Below, piece after piece: positions 9,834 through 20,871 of a stretch of DNA of 64,000 nucleotides; the first letter of the stretch is position 1, and the number at the start of each line of letters is the position of its first letter. A model generated the notes under the pieces. The model did not search any database. It was not told the origin of the DNA and saw nothing but the letters and a program-made list of their open reading frames with translations. The stretch is from the IMG/VR virus record IMGVR_UViG_3300042991_000365, positions 1,540 to 65,539 of that record. The stretch is one strand, 5' to 3'. The DNA comes from a virus (taxonomy: Duplodnaviria > Caudoviricetes). The position numbers were made by a program, and so were the translations under genes.

Positions 9834-10085
9834 ATGGAAATTAAAATAACGTTTAATGAATTAAGAAAAGTTAAAGATAGTTTACCAAAAGGTGCTATTA
9901 AATTATTGTCAGAAGAATTTAATTTATCAGAAGAGACTATAAGAAATTATTTTGGCGGTTCTAATTATGATAAAGGTTCTGCTATAGGAATACACATGGA
10001 ATCTGGACCAAATGGTGGTATTGTTTTAATAGATGATTCTACAATTTTTGATAGAGCTAAAGAGTTAATTTGTGAATCAGAATAA
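9834..10085 (+). CDS. Bacteroidales-type small DNA-binding protein
   Basis: ITFNELRKVKDSLP...ETIRNYFGG...GPNGG resembles a conserved Bacteroidales HTH-like protein (from memory). Confidence 0.7.
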   Translation: MEIKITFNELRKVKDSLPKGAIKLLSEEFNLSEETIRNYFGGSNYDKGSAIGIHMESGPNGGIVLIDDSTIFDRAKELICESE

Positions 10086-10094
10086 ATAAAATTT

Positions 10095-10301
10095 ATGATG
10101 GCACATAATATCTATGATGATAACGATCAATATTTATTAAATAAAATACTTGAATTGGAAGATAGAATTATAGAATTAACAAACAGATTAGATTTTGTTT
10201 GTGATATAATTGATGATAAAGATAATATTAATAGTGTTGATATAAAAATATTAGAGCAATATATAAGAGAAAGAAAGATGAGGAAAATAAATGAAAGATG
10301 A
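10095..10301 (+). CDS. RxxKLxKI-tail family protein
   Basis: Ends IRERKMRKINER. Confidence 0.7.
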   Translation: MMAHNIYDDNDQYLLNKILELEDRIIELTNRLDFVCDIIDDKDNINSVDIKILEQYIRERKMRKINER

Positions 10302-10566
10302 AGATATATTAAAACAAGAAAATGGTGAGGCATTAGTAATATCTAAAAAAATAGAAAAATTAAGAAAAAGAACACATAAACTAGTTGCTGAAATAAACAA
10401 GCTAAATAGTCAGCTTAAAGTTGTTTGCTCACATAATGATACTGAAACCGTTCAAAGTTATGTTTCTGGTGGATATTTAGATAGAGAAGAATATATAACA
10501 ACAGTAAAATGTAAAACTTGCGGTGAAGTACTTAGTAGAGATGTAAAATTGGGAGGATTTAATTAA
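10291..10566 (+). CDS. hypothetical protein, coiled coil plus Cys motif
   Basis: CSH...CKTCG. Confidence 0.7.
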   Translation: MKDEDILKQENGEALVISKKIEKLRKRTHKLVAEINKLNSQLKVVCSHNDTETVQSYVSGGYLDREEYITTVKCKTCGEVLSRDVKLGGFN

Positions 10567-10776
10567 AAACTTATAATTAAAATATGAATAATATTAATAA
10601 TTTAATTAAGGATAAGAAAAAACTAACAGAACGAGTAATGGCTGGTTTAGATAGAGAATTGAAAAGACAAAAAGCTGCTGGTAAAAAATTTTTATCTAAT
10701 GAGGAAGTAGATAACTTGATAGATAGCATTTTTAAAGAAGAATTGGGTGATTCTTGGAAAGAAAAATATTAGAAAA

Positions 10777-11190
10777 ATGAAAACAAAACAAGTTATAGTT
10801 TTTAGAAAGGATTTACAAGTACGAAAAGGTAAATTTGCAGCACAAGTTGCTCATGCGTCATTTAAAGTATTTTTGGATCTTTGTGAAAAAGGTGTTATAT
10901 TTGATGATGAACAAGGTGAAATGCAAAAATTTACATTTTATTATAAAGCTGGTACACCTTGGGATAAATGGTTAAATGGTTTATTCACTAAAATTGTAGT
11001 TAGTTGTGAAAACGAAAAAGAATTAGATGAATTATATCAAAAAGCAAAGGATAAAAATTTACCTTGTTCTATGATTGTAGATGCAGGATTAACAGAATTT
11101 AATGGTGTGCCAACTAAAACATGTATTGCTATTGGACCAGCAAATTCTGATGATATTGATGAAATAACTAAAGATTTAAAATTATTATAA
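10777..11190 (+). CDS. pth2: peptidyl-tRNA hydrolase, Pth2 family
   Basis: KQVIVFRKDL..GKFAAQVAHA, DAGLTE, TCIAIGP, ITKDLKLL. Confidence 0.93.
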   Translation: MKTKQVIVFRKDLQVRKGKFAAQVAHASFKVFLDLCEKGVIFDDEQGEMQKFTFYYKAGTPWDKWLNGLFTKIVVSCENEKELDELYQKAKDKNLPCSMIVDAGLTEFNGVPTKTCIAIGPANSDDIDEITKDLKLL

Positions 11191-11410
11191 AATAATATAC
11201 TATTATGAAAAAATCTGAAATTTTTAAGGAAGCATTAAAAATGCAACGTGAAGAATTAATTCCATCTAGAGTTTGTAAAACTAAATTAATTCATGTTACT
11301 CAAGAAGAATTTTGTGAATTGTACAAACATCTTAATGGACATGAAATAAAAGAAAATTGTGATTGTGATACAATTTTTATTGATAATTATATTTTTAAAA
11401 AAAGATAAAT

Positions 11411-11782
11411 ATGGAAGATAATTTAAAATTAATTTTAGATGAATTCGAAAAATTAAAAGGACAATTTGTTATTACCGAAATGAACAACATTGAAAGACTT
11501 GTTGCTATTGGTGATGACCAAGAAGATTGGTATTATATAACTTATAATGGTAGAGAATTACATTGGTCTAGTTGTGTTGGTAGAATAATGCCACTAAAAG
11601 GATATATTAGAGAACAAGATTATAATTATTTAGTACATATTGCTAAATTAAATCATCACGATCAACTTGATTTAAGTGTAAATGGAAATAAAGATAAATT
11701 TTTAGAATCTCTTAATGAATATGTGTCTAAATTTTCTGAAAAAGAAAAATTTATAACTGAACCTTGTTGGGATTTAAATTAA
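11411..11782 (+). CDS. hypothetical protein
   Basis: ORF in co-oriented run. Confidence 0.7.
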   Translation: MEDNLKLILDEFEKLKGQFVITEMNNIERLVAIGDDQEDWYYITYNGRELHWSSCVGRIMPLKGYIREQDYNYLVHIAKLNHHDQLDLSVNGNKDKFLESLNEYVSKFSEKEKFITEPCWDLN

Positions 11783-11788
11783 ATTGTT

Positions 11789-11986
11789 ATGAGCTTAGAT
11801 ATAAGAATAAAATCAATTGATGCTCAAATATCATATTTAAAAATACTTCGTAATTCTTCAAAAACATTAAGTCCTTCAAGAATATATTACAAGATAATAA
11901 AGTTAAAAGAAGAAAGGCATGAACTATTATTATTAAAAATCAGGCGTGAAAAATTAGTAAAAATTAATAAAATTAACAATGACTGA
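11789..11986 (+). CDS. RxxKLxKI-tail family protein
   Basis: Ends IRREKLVKINKINND. Confidence 0.7.
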   Translation: MSLDIRIKSIDAQISYLKILRNSSKTLSPSRIYYKIIKLKEERHELLLLKIRREKLVKINKINND

Positions 11987-12260
11987 AAAATTATGTAATT
12001 ATAAAAGCAACATTTTGAATGAATTATTATCTGAAATAACAAATGAGGAACAATATATTACTGATAAAAAAATGCTTATAGCATCAGCAATTGAAGATGT
12101 AATAAAAGAAAATGGTTGGACAAATAATGATGTTGCAAATAAAATGAATATAAAACCAGCACTTATAGAACTTTGGTTGAGTGGTACATACAATTTTAAT
12201 TTAAAAACTCTTTTTAAATTAGAAAAAAATTTAGGTATTAATTTAATAAATATAAAATAA
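11979..12260 (+). CDS. XRE-family helix-turn-helix protein
   Basis: GWTNNDVANKM...WLSGTYNFNLKTLFKLE. Confidence 0.85.
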   Translation: MTEKLCNYKSNILNELLSEITNEEQYITDKKMLIASAIEDVIKENGWTNNDVANKMNIKPALIELWLSGTYNFNLKTLFKLEKNLGINLINIK

Positions 12261-12761
12261 ATGAAATATTCTTTTGATAAATATATTGAAAATGTTAAAG
12301 AACAATTAGAATGTAATGCTACGGATGAATATAAATCTCAATTTATAGTATATACATATTCTAATGAAGAAGTAGATTCTAATTTAGATTATTTTAAAAA
12401 GTGTAAAAAAGAAAATTTATCACCATATAAATCTTTGTTATTTTTTTCAGATCATTTAAATAGAGAAATGTGTGAATGCGGAAATTTTGCTATCTGGTGT
12501 TATATGCCAGGTTTTATAGATAATAGTAGTCCTTATTTTTGTGATGATTGTGTTCCTAGATGTTGTACTTGTAATCACAGATATATTGATGTAAACGCAT
12601 ATCATCCACCATTAGAAGAACCTGATTTACCAACTATTGAAGATGAACCAATAAAATGGATTGAAAATGATAAAGTTTGGTGTCACGTTGATGAAAATGG
12701 AAGGGAATTTCCTTGTTGTGAATATATGTATGATGAAAATGGTTGGACCAAAAACGATTAA
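12261..12761 (+). CDS. Cys-rich hypothetical protein
   Basis: CECG, CDDC, CCTC, PCC motifs. Confidence 0.75.
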   Translation: MKYSFDKYIENVKEQLECNATDEYKSQFIVYTYSNEEVDSNLDYFKKCKKENLSPYKSLLFFSDHLNREMCECGNFAIWCYMPGFIDNSSPYFCDDCVPRCCTCNHRYIDVNAYHPPLEEPDLPTIEDEPIKWIENDKVWCHVDENGREFPCCEYMYDENGWTKND

Positions 12762-13023
12762 TATGACTAAAGAGGAACAAATTGTTGAAATTTTAAATAA
12801 TACTTTATCAGCACACGGTTGGTATAGTAATACGGTAATTGAGGGACAGGAAAAAGCAGCAAAAGAAATAATAAAATTGTTTGATATACCTAATAACACA
12901 ACTTCAATTTGTGAAAGATGTGGTAGTGGTAAATCATATAAAAAGAGTGGTATATGTTATAAGTGTTTATTGGAAATTTATGATGAGCATAATAAATAAT
13001 TAATTATATTTGTAAAAAAAATT

Positions 13024-13866
13024 ATGAGTTTAAAAGCATACAACGGAATGATGTCAAGAAAAGGTATCAAGTATATACAAGATGAAATTGTAGCAAGATT
13101 ACCTAAATTTAAAGATGCATCAGAAAATAAATTGGCAAAAGAATATGCCAAATTGCTTGTAGATCATGCTGATAGTAATATTAGTATAAAAAGTCAAATA
13201 GATTTTGATGCTATTAATGAATCTGATTTAAAAGAAAAAATAAATAAAATAGAAATAACAGAAGATACCACTATATTATCTTATATTTATCAAGCATCTA
13301 AAATATTATCTGATGGTTTTTTTATTAATGATTTTATGTGTCATTTGAATATTTCATTACAAGTAATAAATAATAGAAAAATATTAATTTATCCAAACAT
13401 TATAGTGTCAGAACATAGAAATATTCTTTTAGAATTTTTAGAAGACTGGTATTGTCAAAACCAATGTGATCCTGATGAAAGAGTAAGTAAACGCCAATGG
13501 AGACAACGAAAAAGGGATTGGTATGCGTTTGATGAAACAAGAGGGTTTAGTATGAAAATAAAATTATTTGATCCTATAAGTATTTCTGATTCATTAAATT
13601 CTAATTTTAGAGGTGAAGAATTAATTAATAAAATATTATTACATATACCATCAGACGAAAAACGTATAAGAAGAATAGCCAGAGATGCTATATTAACTAA
13701 AAAAGAACAGGAATTTAAAGACAAAGGTGATCAAATTAGAATTTGGAATATGATGGGTGAATTAGCAAAAGAAGATAATACAGAAATTCAAGATTATATT
13801 AACTCAAATGATATAAAATTGATTAAAATTGATGCAGAATATATAAAAAATGCAAAAATGTTATAA
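13024..13866 (+). CDS. hypothetical protein
   Basis: 280 aa ORF after TATATTTG at 13005-13012. Confidence 0.8.
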   Translation: MSLKAYNGMMSRKGIKYIQDEIVARLPKFKDASENKLAKEYAKLLVDHADSNISIKSQIDFDAINESDLKEKINKIEITEDTTILSYIYQASKILSDGFFINDFMCHLNISLQVINNRKILIYPNIIVSEHRNILLEFLEDWYCQNQCDPDERVSKRQWRQRKRDWYAFDETRGFSMKIKLFDPISISDSLNSNFRGEELINKILLHIPSDEKRIRRIARDAILTKKEQEFKDKGDQIRIWNMMGELAKEDNTEIQDYINSNDIKLIKIDAEYIKNAKML

Positions 13867-14037
13867 TTTTTGATGTTCTTTTATTAAATCATCAAGTTTT
13901 TTTAAACATTTTCCACAGCTACTTCCTAAAGATGTTAAATTTTTTATTTGAGATATATCATTATTCTCTTTTATTAATTTTAAGACTTCTTTAGTAGTTA
14001 CAAAATTGCACAAGCAAATAAAATCTTCTTTATTCAT
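13861..14037 (-). CDS. BFD-like [2Fe-2S] ferredoxin (below ORF-track cutoff)
   Basis: Hand translation MNKEDFICLCNFVT...LGSSCGKC, CxC..CxxC pattern. Confidence 0.75.
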   Translation of the reverse strand: MNKEDFICLCNFVTTKEVLKLIKENNDISQIKNLTSLGSSCGKCLKKLDDLIKEHQKL

Positions 14038-14147
14038 ATAAATATATATTAAAATGTAATATTGTTGTAATAAAAAATTGTTTATAATTTAATCTAAATT
14101 TGACTTTTTATAAAAATATATTTATTATATAGTATTAAAAATATATT

Positions 14148-14840
14148 GTGAAATTAAGTATTATAATTCCAACAAAAAATGAAGAAAAAAACATAATTAA
14201 TTTATTAGATTGTTTATTTAAACAAACTTTTAAAGATTTTGATATAATAATATCAGATGCAAATTCAACAGATTACACCATTCAAAACGCTCTTTCACAT
14301 AAAATTTCACATAAAATTAGAATAACAAGAGGTGGATTACCAGCAATAGGTAGGAATAGTGGTGCTAAAATTAGCAATTCTGATTTTATACTTTTTATAG
14401 ATGCTGACATAACAATTAAAGATAAAGATTTATTAAAAAAATCAATAGAATTAATAAACAATAAAAAATTAGATTTAATTACAACAAATATATCTTGTAG
14501 AAATAATTTTACTGTTAAAATAATATATGCTATTAATAATTTAATTCAATTTTTATCAAAATTTGATATGCCATTTGCAACTGGAATGTATTTTTTTATT
14601 AAAAAATCAAAATTTGACGAACTTGGCGGTTTTAACGAAAAAGATCAATTTGCAGAAGATTATAATTTAAGTAGAAAAATAAATAAAAATAATTTTGCCA
14701 TATTAAATTCATTTGTATATTCAGATGATAGAAGATTTAAAAAGTTAGGTTATTTTAAGGTTATTAAATTATTTTATAATACAATGATAAATAGAAATAA
14801 TGAACATCATTATAAGAAAAAAATAAAATATTTTGAATGA
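14148..14840 (+). CDS. glycosyltransferase family 2
   Basis: LSIIIPTKNEE, FIDAD, GGFNE...ED. Confidence 0.92.
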   Translation: MKLSIIIPTKNEEKNIINLLDCLFKQTFKDFDIIISDANSTDYTIQNALSHKISHKIRITRGGLPAIGRNSGAKISNSDFILFIDADITIKDKDLLKKSIELINNKKLDLITTNISCRNNFTVKIIYAINNLIQFLSKFDMPFATGMYFFIKKSKFDELGGFNEKDQFAEDYNLSRKINKNNFAILNSFVYSDDRRFKKLGYFKVIKLFYNTMINRNNEHHYKKKIKYFE

Positions 14841-15559
14841 AAAAAATAAAATCTTTATTTATAAGTGATATACATTTGGGTAATCCTAATTCAAGAGCAG
14901 ATAAGGTTTTAGAATTATTAAAGATGTATAATTTTAAAAATTTATTTATAGTTGGTGATTTTATTGATATAACTTATATGAAAAGAAAGAAAAATGATTG
15001 GAACAAAGATCATTTAACTGTAATACAAAAAGTATTAAGATTATCAAGAAAAGGCGTTAAAATTATATATGTTGTTGGTAATCATGATGCCTATATAAGA
15101 AAATTTATAGAAAATAGCGGTATTCATTTTGGTGATATATTAATTTGCAATGAATACAAATATAAAACATCAACCCAACAAATATATATAACTCATGGTG
15201 ATGAATTTGATGGTTTTATTAGAATTCATCCTTTTATATATTGGTTAGGCGACAATGCATATGAACTATCAATAAAAATTAATAAAATATATAATACATT
15301 TAGAAAAATGTTTGGATTAAAATATTGGAGTCTATCTTCATATTTAAAAAATAAAGTAAAAAATTCTATATCATTTATTAATGAATATGAAAAAATGTCT
15401 AAAATTAAAACACAAGAAATGAATTGTGATTCAATTTTAATGGGACACACCCATCACCCTAAAATTGAAACTGGATATTATAATACAGGGGACTTTGTTG
15501 AAAGTTGTAGTTACATAATTGAAGATTATGATGAAAAACTAATTCTTCATTTTATTTAA
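14837..15559 (+). CDS. LpxH-like metallophosphoesterase
   Basis: SDIHLG, GDFID, GNHD, HGD, GHTH. Confidence 0.9.
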   Translation: MKKIKSLFISDIHLGNPNSRADKVLELLKMYNFKNLFIVGDFIDITYMKRKKNDWNKDHLTVIQKVLRLSRKGVKIIYVVGNHDAYIRKFIENSGIHFGDILICNEYKYKTSTQQIYITHGDEFDGFIRIHPFIYWLGDNAYELSIKINKIYNTFRKMFGLKYWSLSSYLKNKVKNSISFINEYEKMSKIKTQEMNCDSILMGHTHHPKIETGYYNTGDFVESCSYIIEDYDEKLILHFI

Positions 15560-15736
15560 TGAAAATATTAAAAATATTTCCAATTAGTACTTTATATAAA
15601 ATAAAAGGATTTAAATACTATCGTATATTTATTTATTTTGACATATTAATATTTTTATTACCATTTGGTACATTTATATTAATATTTTTAATTTTTATTA
15701 TTAGTAAAATTAAATAAATTTTAATATCTTTGCAAA

Positions 15737-16360
15737 ATGGAATTAAGATTTAAATATCAAAGAACACCTCATTTAATGTGGTCAAAAGGTTGTACTTCAG
15801 ATGATAAAATGTTATCATCTGTTGAACATTTTTTTGGAAAAGAAATTATAATGACCGAAAAACGTGATGGTGAAAATTCCACGATATATAAAGATTATAT
15901 GCATGCTCGTTCATTAGATTCAGTTGATCATCCATCACGACACTGGCTAAAAAACTTACATGGAACAATGGGGTACAATATTCCAGATGGTTGGAGAGTG
16001 TGTGGTGAAAATCTTTATGCTAAACATAGCCTTCATTATACAAGCTTAAAAAGCTATTTTGAAGTATTCTCAATATGGAATGAAAATAATGTGTGTTTAT
16101 CTTTTGATGATACATTAGAATGGTGTGAATTATTAGGTTTAGTTCATGTTCCAGTTTTATGGAGAGGTATATTTGATGAACAATTATTAAGAAATTATAA
16201 AATTGATACTGAAAAGCAAGAAGGCTATGTAATACAATTAGCAGACAGTTTTAAATATGAAGATTTTAGTACATCGGTAGCTAAATGGGTGAGAGAAAAT
16301 CATGTTACCACAAATAATCATTGGATGTATGAAAAAATAATACCAAATATTTTGGTATAA
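15737..16360 (+). CDS. ATP-dependent RNA ligase family protein
   Basis: KY.RTPHL, TEKRDGEN, GENL, EGYV; TATCTTTG promoter at 15725-15732. Confidence 0.88.
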   Translation: MELRFKYQRTPHLMWSKGCTSDDKMLSSVEHFFGKEIIMTEKRDGENSTIYKDYMHARSLDSVDHPSRHWLKNLHGTMGYNIPDGWRVCGENLYAKHSLHYTSLKSYFEVFSIWNENNVCLSFDDTLEWCELLGLVHVPVLWRGIFDEQLLRNYKIDTEKQEGYVIQLADSFKYEDFSTSVAKWVRENHVTTNNHWMYEKIIPNILV

Positions 16361-16417
16361 TTAAAAAAATTACTTATATTTATAAAAAATATATATTAAC
16401 AATTAAAAATTATTATT

Positions 16418-16621
16418 ATGCCAACAATTAAAAGCTACTCTATCAAAATATTAGAGTATAAACAAACAAAAACGGTTTATATACCAGTGTATCACAACAT
16501 TTATCATGATGGTTCTGGATTTAGAGTAAGGGTGATGAGAAATAAAATTAGAACCAGTAAGAATTTTCAATCACTCAAAGAAGCTGTTAAATTCAGGAGA
16601 AAACTAGTTTACCAAAAGTAA
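16418..16621 (+). CDS. AP2-like small DNA-binding protein
   Basis: HNIY...FRVRV...SKNFQSLKEAVKFR. Confidence 0.5.
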   Translation: MPTIKSYSIKILEYKQTKTVYIPVYHNIYHDGSGFRVRVMRNKIRTSKNFQSLKEAVKFRRKLVYQK

Positions 16622-16699
16622 TTTAAAAAATAAAATATTATAAAATGATAAACTTTGTGTTTTAATTTATATAATATATATAAATTAAAAATTGAACTC

Positions 16700-17110
16700 A
16701 TGAAAATTAGAAACGGATTTATTAGCAATTCTTCATCAAGTAGTTTTGTTATATTTAAAGATGCTTTATCTAAAATAAAAATGGATATGGTATTGAATTG
16801 TGATTCATACATTAAAGATATGATTAATAATGATAAAACTGGAAAATTATCTGAATTATTTGAATATTATGATACTGATCCTTGGAATATTGTAGAAAGA
16901 GATGATTATATTTTTGGAGAAACGTCTATGGATAATTTTTCAATTGGTGATTATTTTAAACACATTAAAATCAAATCAAAATATATTAAATGGGATGATG
17001 GCTACAACGATGAACCATATGATCACCAATTAAACTTTATCAGAGAAATGAAAGTTAAATTCAGAAGAGATAAAATTAAAAAAATTGAAAAAAATAAAAC
17101 TGATGATTAA
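16700..17110 (+). CDS. MKIRNGFxSNSSSSSF-leader protein with RxxKLxKI tail
   Basis: Leader shared with 61903 and 62676; ends RRDKIKKIE. Confidence 0.8.
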   Translation: MKIRNGFISNSSSSSFVIFKDALSKIKMDMVLNCDSYIKDMINNDKTGKLSELFEYYDTDPWNIVERDDYIFGETSMDNFSIGDYFKHIKIKSKYIKWDDGYNDEPYDHQLNFIREMKVKFRRDKIKKIEKNKTDD

Positions 17111-17952
17111 TGTATGTAAATCCAGCATTAAATTTCACTGGCAGTAAATTCAAACTTTTACCTCAATTACTACCACAAATGGATTATACAAAAAAATATT
17201 TTGTTGATTTATTTTGTGGTAGTTTTGTTGTTGGTTCTAATGTTGTTGATAAATTTGAAAAAGTATTAGCAAATGATATCATTGAAGATTTAGTTGAAAT
17301 ACACAATAATATTATTAATAATTCTGATAAATTTATTTTAGATGTTAAATCATTAGTTGTATCAAATGATGATCAAGATGGTTTTAATAAATTGAGAGAA
17401 TCATATAATAAAGATAAATCTCCTGAAAAGTTATATGCATTACTGCTATGCTCAACTAATAATATGTTAAGATTTTCTCAAACATTTAAGTATAATCAAA
17501 CATTTGGAAAAAGAACTTTTAACTCATCAACAGAAAAAAAATTAGAAGAATATATTAAACATATTCAACCACATAAAGATAAAATTATTTTTACATCTAA
17601 ATCATTTAATGATATTAAATTAAAAAAGCCTTCTATGGTGTATATTGATCCACCTTATGGCTACATTTTAAATAATAATGAGATTGGAAATAAGCAAATA
17701 TCTGAAGCAGGATATAATGCTTTTTACAAAAAAGAGGATGATATTAAATTATTCAATTATATATTAGACTTAAATAAAAATGGTCATTCGTTTATGGTGT
17801 CTGGATTATTGGAACATGATGATAAAGTGTCTTGGTTAATGACAAAATTGGTAGAATCTGGTTTTAATTATAAAGAATTGGATTTTGACTATAATAAAGT
17901 AAGTCGTAAAGGTGATAAAAATAGTACAGAATTAATTATCACCAATTTTTAA
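17110..17952 (+). CDS. dam: DNA adenine methyltransferase, Dam-like
   Basis: GSKFKLL, VDLFCGS, DPPY. Confidence 0.92.
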   Translation: MYVNPALNFTGSKFKLLPQLLPQMDYTKKYFVDLFCGSFVVGSNVVDKFEKVLANDIIEDLVEIHNNIINNSDKFILDVKSLVVSNDDQDGFNKLRESYNKDKSPEKLYALLLCSTNNMLRFSQTFKYNQTFGKRTFNSSTEKKLEEYIKHIQPHKDKIIFTSKSFNDIKLKKPSMVYIDPPYGYILNNNEIGNKQISEAGYNAFYKKEDDIKLFNYILDLNKNGHSFMVSGLLEHDDKVSWLMTKLVESGFNYKELDFDYNKVSRKGDKNSTELIITNF

Positions 17953-18201
17953 CAATTTCTTTCTTCTTTCGGATTTAATACTTATGAAAAAATCATAAAA
18001 ATAAGCTTCATCTTTACCAATATAATCATCAATATATTCTAATGATTTATTCAATCTAAACCTATACCAACTATGTTCTAATGATTCTTCACTTTCTATT
18101 GTTATAAAATCATTCTTTTCAAATACAGATGAATATTGAATGATATTATAATATTTTCCTTTTTGGAAATTAAAATATGATTTTTTACAATACACTTTCA
18201 T
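17932..18201 (-). CDS. RxxKLxKI-tail family protein
   Basis: MKVYCKK..KGKYY...ERRKKLLKIG. Confidence 0.75.
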   Translation of the reverse strand: MKVYCKKSYFNFQKGKYYNIIQYSSVFEKNDFITIESEESLEHSWYRFRLNKSLEYIDDYIGKDEAYFYDFFISIKSERRKKLLKIGDN

Positions 18202-18207
18202 ATTTAA

Positions 18208-18543
18208 TTATTCTATTTCAGAAACATCTTGTTTGGTGAATTTGGTCATATCATAGTAGCATGTAACTTCACCTTTATCATTTTTACTTTTAAATAAGGC
18301 ACACTCTTTACACTTATTGTAAACTACATCATCCATTTTTGCACTAATTAATTTGTTATCTGAGCTTTTTGTTACTGTTGCTTCTCTATAACAATCACAA
18401 TAGTTTGAATAAATTTTAACTAATATCTTATCACCTGGTTTAAGATTATAAAACCATTTTTTAAATTTATCCACACTTAATAAATATTTCACAAGCATGA
18501 TAGATATAATAGCAACTATAGCTAATAAAATAATTTCTTTCAT
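18208..18543 (-). CDS. membrane-anchored hypothetical protein
   Basis: N-terminal hydrophobic helix. Confidence 0.7.
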   Translation of the reverse strand: MKEIILLAIVAIISIMLVKYLLSVDKFKKWFYNLKPGDKILVKIYSNYCDCYREATVTKSSDNKLISAKMDDVVYNKCKECALFKSKNDKGEVTCYYDMTKFTKQDVSEIE

Positions 18544-18745
18544 ATTTTAGATTTTAAATTCATATATTAAAAAAATATAATAAAGTTTTATTTAATAAAG
18601 ATATAAAAAAATATGACATAAATAAAAACTATTGTGACATTTTTTCATATATATTTTTGTGGTATTAAAATTGATATTAACAAATTAATATATTTATATA
18701 TTTCTATATGTTTGTATATTTATAAAAAAAAAATAATATAAAATT

Positions 18746-19096
18746 ATGTTAGAACATTTAACAACAGAAACTTTTAAAGAAAAAGTATTCAATTTTGAAT
18801 TGAACAAAGAATGGAAATATGAGGGTGAATTACCAGCAATAGTAAAATTTACAGCAGCATGGTGTTCCCCATGTAAAGCGTTGACTCCTGTATTATTAGA
18901 AATTGAATCTGAATATAATAATAAAATAAATATTTATGAAGTAGATGTAGATAAAGAGCAAGAGCTATCTTCTATATTTGGAATAAGAAGTGTTCCAACT
19001 ATGTTATTTACACCAATTAATGGTCAACCATCCATGACATCTGGATCATTACCTAAAAATAAAATTATAGATATTATTAATGATGTATTACTTTAA
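18746..19096 (+). CDS. trxA: thioredoxin
   Basis: WCSPC active site, GIRSVPT; Bacteroidota-like N-terminus. Confidence 0.92.
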   Translation: MLEHLTTETFKEKVFNFELNKEWKYEGELPAIVKFTAAWCSPCKALTPVLLEIESEYNNKINIYEVDVDKEQELSSIFGIRSVPTMLFTPINGQPSMTSGSLPKNKIIDIINDVLL

Positions 19097-19824
19097 TTCT
19101 AATTTATAACCTTTATGAAATTTAATTTTAATTAAATTATCAACATTAATTCTATCTTTTAATTTTAAAGTAGAATTAATGTTTTTTATATGATTTTCTA
19201 ATTTTATCTTACCATTAAATTCAAGCCTTTCATTATTTGGAGTATATAATATATAAATTTTAAAAAATTCTTTATGTTTATAATTATTGATACCTTTTTG
19301 AACTCTTTTATCTGATTTGTCTAGTCCTTTATTTCAAGGAATGTTACCTTTTAATGATTTAGATACCTTTTCAATTCTTTCTTTACTATATTTTTTACCT
19401 AATCCTGCATATCTTCTTTTTTCTTTCTCTTCTTCTGCCTTATCACCATATATTTCTTCATATGTTTTACCTTTCCTTTTTTCTGCAATAACTTCTAATA
19501 TTTTTAGAGAGCCTATTCTATGTTTTTCTTTTGATTCTTGTGAAACCAATGTACCTTTACCGCCTTACCACCTTCCGCAAGATTATAATACTCATTTGAA
19601 TTAATTGCGTCATATTTTTCTATGAAAAATTTTTCTCTTTCAAATAAATATTTAATATCATCACTTTCTTCTAAAATTTCTTTGGTGAAATTTTCAGTGC
19701 CATATTTTTTTAATGATAGTCTAATGATTTTACCAGACCCAAAATAATTCTTATTATTATTTGAATCTACTCCTATATATTTTTTACCATTTAATTTGTT
19801 TGTTGTTAAATAAATTACTCCCAC
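19088..19824 (-). pseudogene. disrupted GIY-YIG homing endonuclease
   Basis: VIYLTTN..KKYIG; frameshift near 19565 and in-frame TGA at 19334-19336 within IP*NKG; frame continues to 19088. Confidence 0.8.
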
Positions 19825-20090
19825 ATACTATATATTATATATAGTAGGTTCGTATTAAATATTACAAATTATTTCTTATTAATTGAAAAACTATTACTAC
19901 CATTAATAACATTAATGATAGTTTTGTCAGTTTTATCTTCTGTTATGGAATATTTATCATATAATTGTTTACAAATCTTACAGCCCTTTATTGGCTTATC
20001 AGATTCTGTACACAATGGATGATGTTTATTTTTTGTTTTCATATATTATTAAATTATTAACATGCAAATATAATAAATATATTTGTATAA

Positions 20091-20573
20091 TCAAAATAAT
20101 TTTCTATTTAATTTTTTAAGTTTTTTCTTCCTATTTTCTGATAAATCATCTACGTCAAAATAATTTATATTATCTTTAACATATAAAATTTCTCTACCAT
20201 TATGTACAAATAATTCATTTTTGCCAATATCATAACAAATAACATCATATTTATTATTTTTTATAAATGCTGATATATTATATAAACATATTACTTTGAT
20301 TTCATTTTTATCTTTTACTTTCTTTATAAAATTTTTATATTTTTTCACATTTAAATAATATGAAATTATAATAGGTGATAGAATAAATACAGATATTATA
20401 AATGTTGTAATATATGATTGATAGTGTATATTTTTAACTCCACCGCCAGCATAAATAATTAATAATGTTGAAAATATTTGACCTATGGGATATCCAAAAA
20501 AAAGATAACTGATAATTGTAATTCGTTGGCTTTTTACGGACATTTTTCTATTGATATAATTTATCAATTTCAT
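20091..20573 (-). CDS. membrane protein, RxxKLxKI-tail family
   Basis: Two TM segments; ends NRKKKLKKLNRKLF. Confidence 0.75.
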   Translation of the reverse strand: MKLINYINRKMSVKSQRITIISYLFFGYPIGQIFSTLLIIYAGGGVKNIHYQSYITTFIISVFILSPIIISYYLNVKKYKNFIKKVKDKNEIKVICLYNISAFIKNNKYDVICYDIGKNELFVHNGREILYVKDNINYFDVDDLSENRKKKLKKLNRKLF

Positions 20574-20596
20574 TTTTTAGAAATTTTCTTTTTTCT

Positions 20597-20779
20597 TTAT
20601 TTTAGATATGGTTTATACTCTGTTATTTTTAATTTTTTAAGACATTTTATACAATATGCTGTATAGTATTCACGTTCTGGAACTTTTGCTGTATATATGT
20701 CTTTTGCATCAAAATCTTCAATACACTCTGAACATATATGTTTATCACTTGTTTTTTTAGTTATTTTCTTTTCTACCAT
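20597..20779 (-). CDS. small zinc-ribbon protein
   Basis: CSEC...CIKC; TATCTTTG promoter on minus strand at 20794-20801. Confidence 0.65.
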   Translation of the reverse strand: MVEKKITKKTSDKHICSECIEDFDAKDIYTAKVPEREYYTAYCIKCLKKLKITEYKPYLK

Positions 20780-20871
20780 AATATAAATTTTTACAAAGAT
20801 AATTATTATTTAATTAAAATATAAAAAATGTTATAAAAAATTTTATATATACATAAAATAAATGTTTTTAT

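Noticed and set aside
17110-17952. Restriction-modification operon
   Set aside because: No adjacent endonuclease; orphan Dam-like methylases are common in phages.
19334-19336. In-frame TGA where Trp is expected, suggesting stop-codon reassignment
   Set aside because: TGA is the real stop in many ATGA overlaps and Trp is TGG elsewhere; the gene also has a frameshift, so decay or error is simpler.
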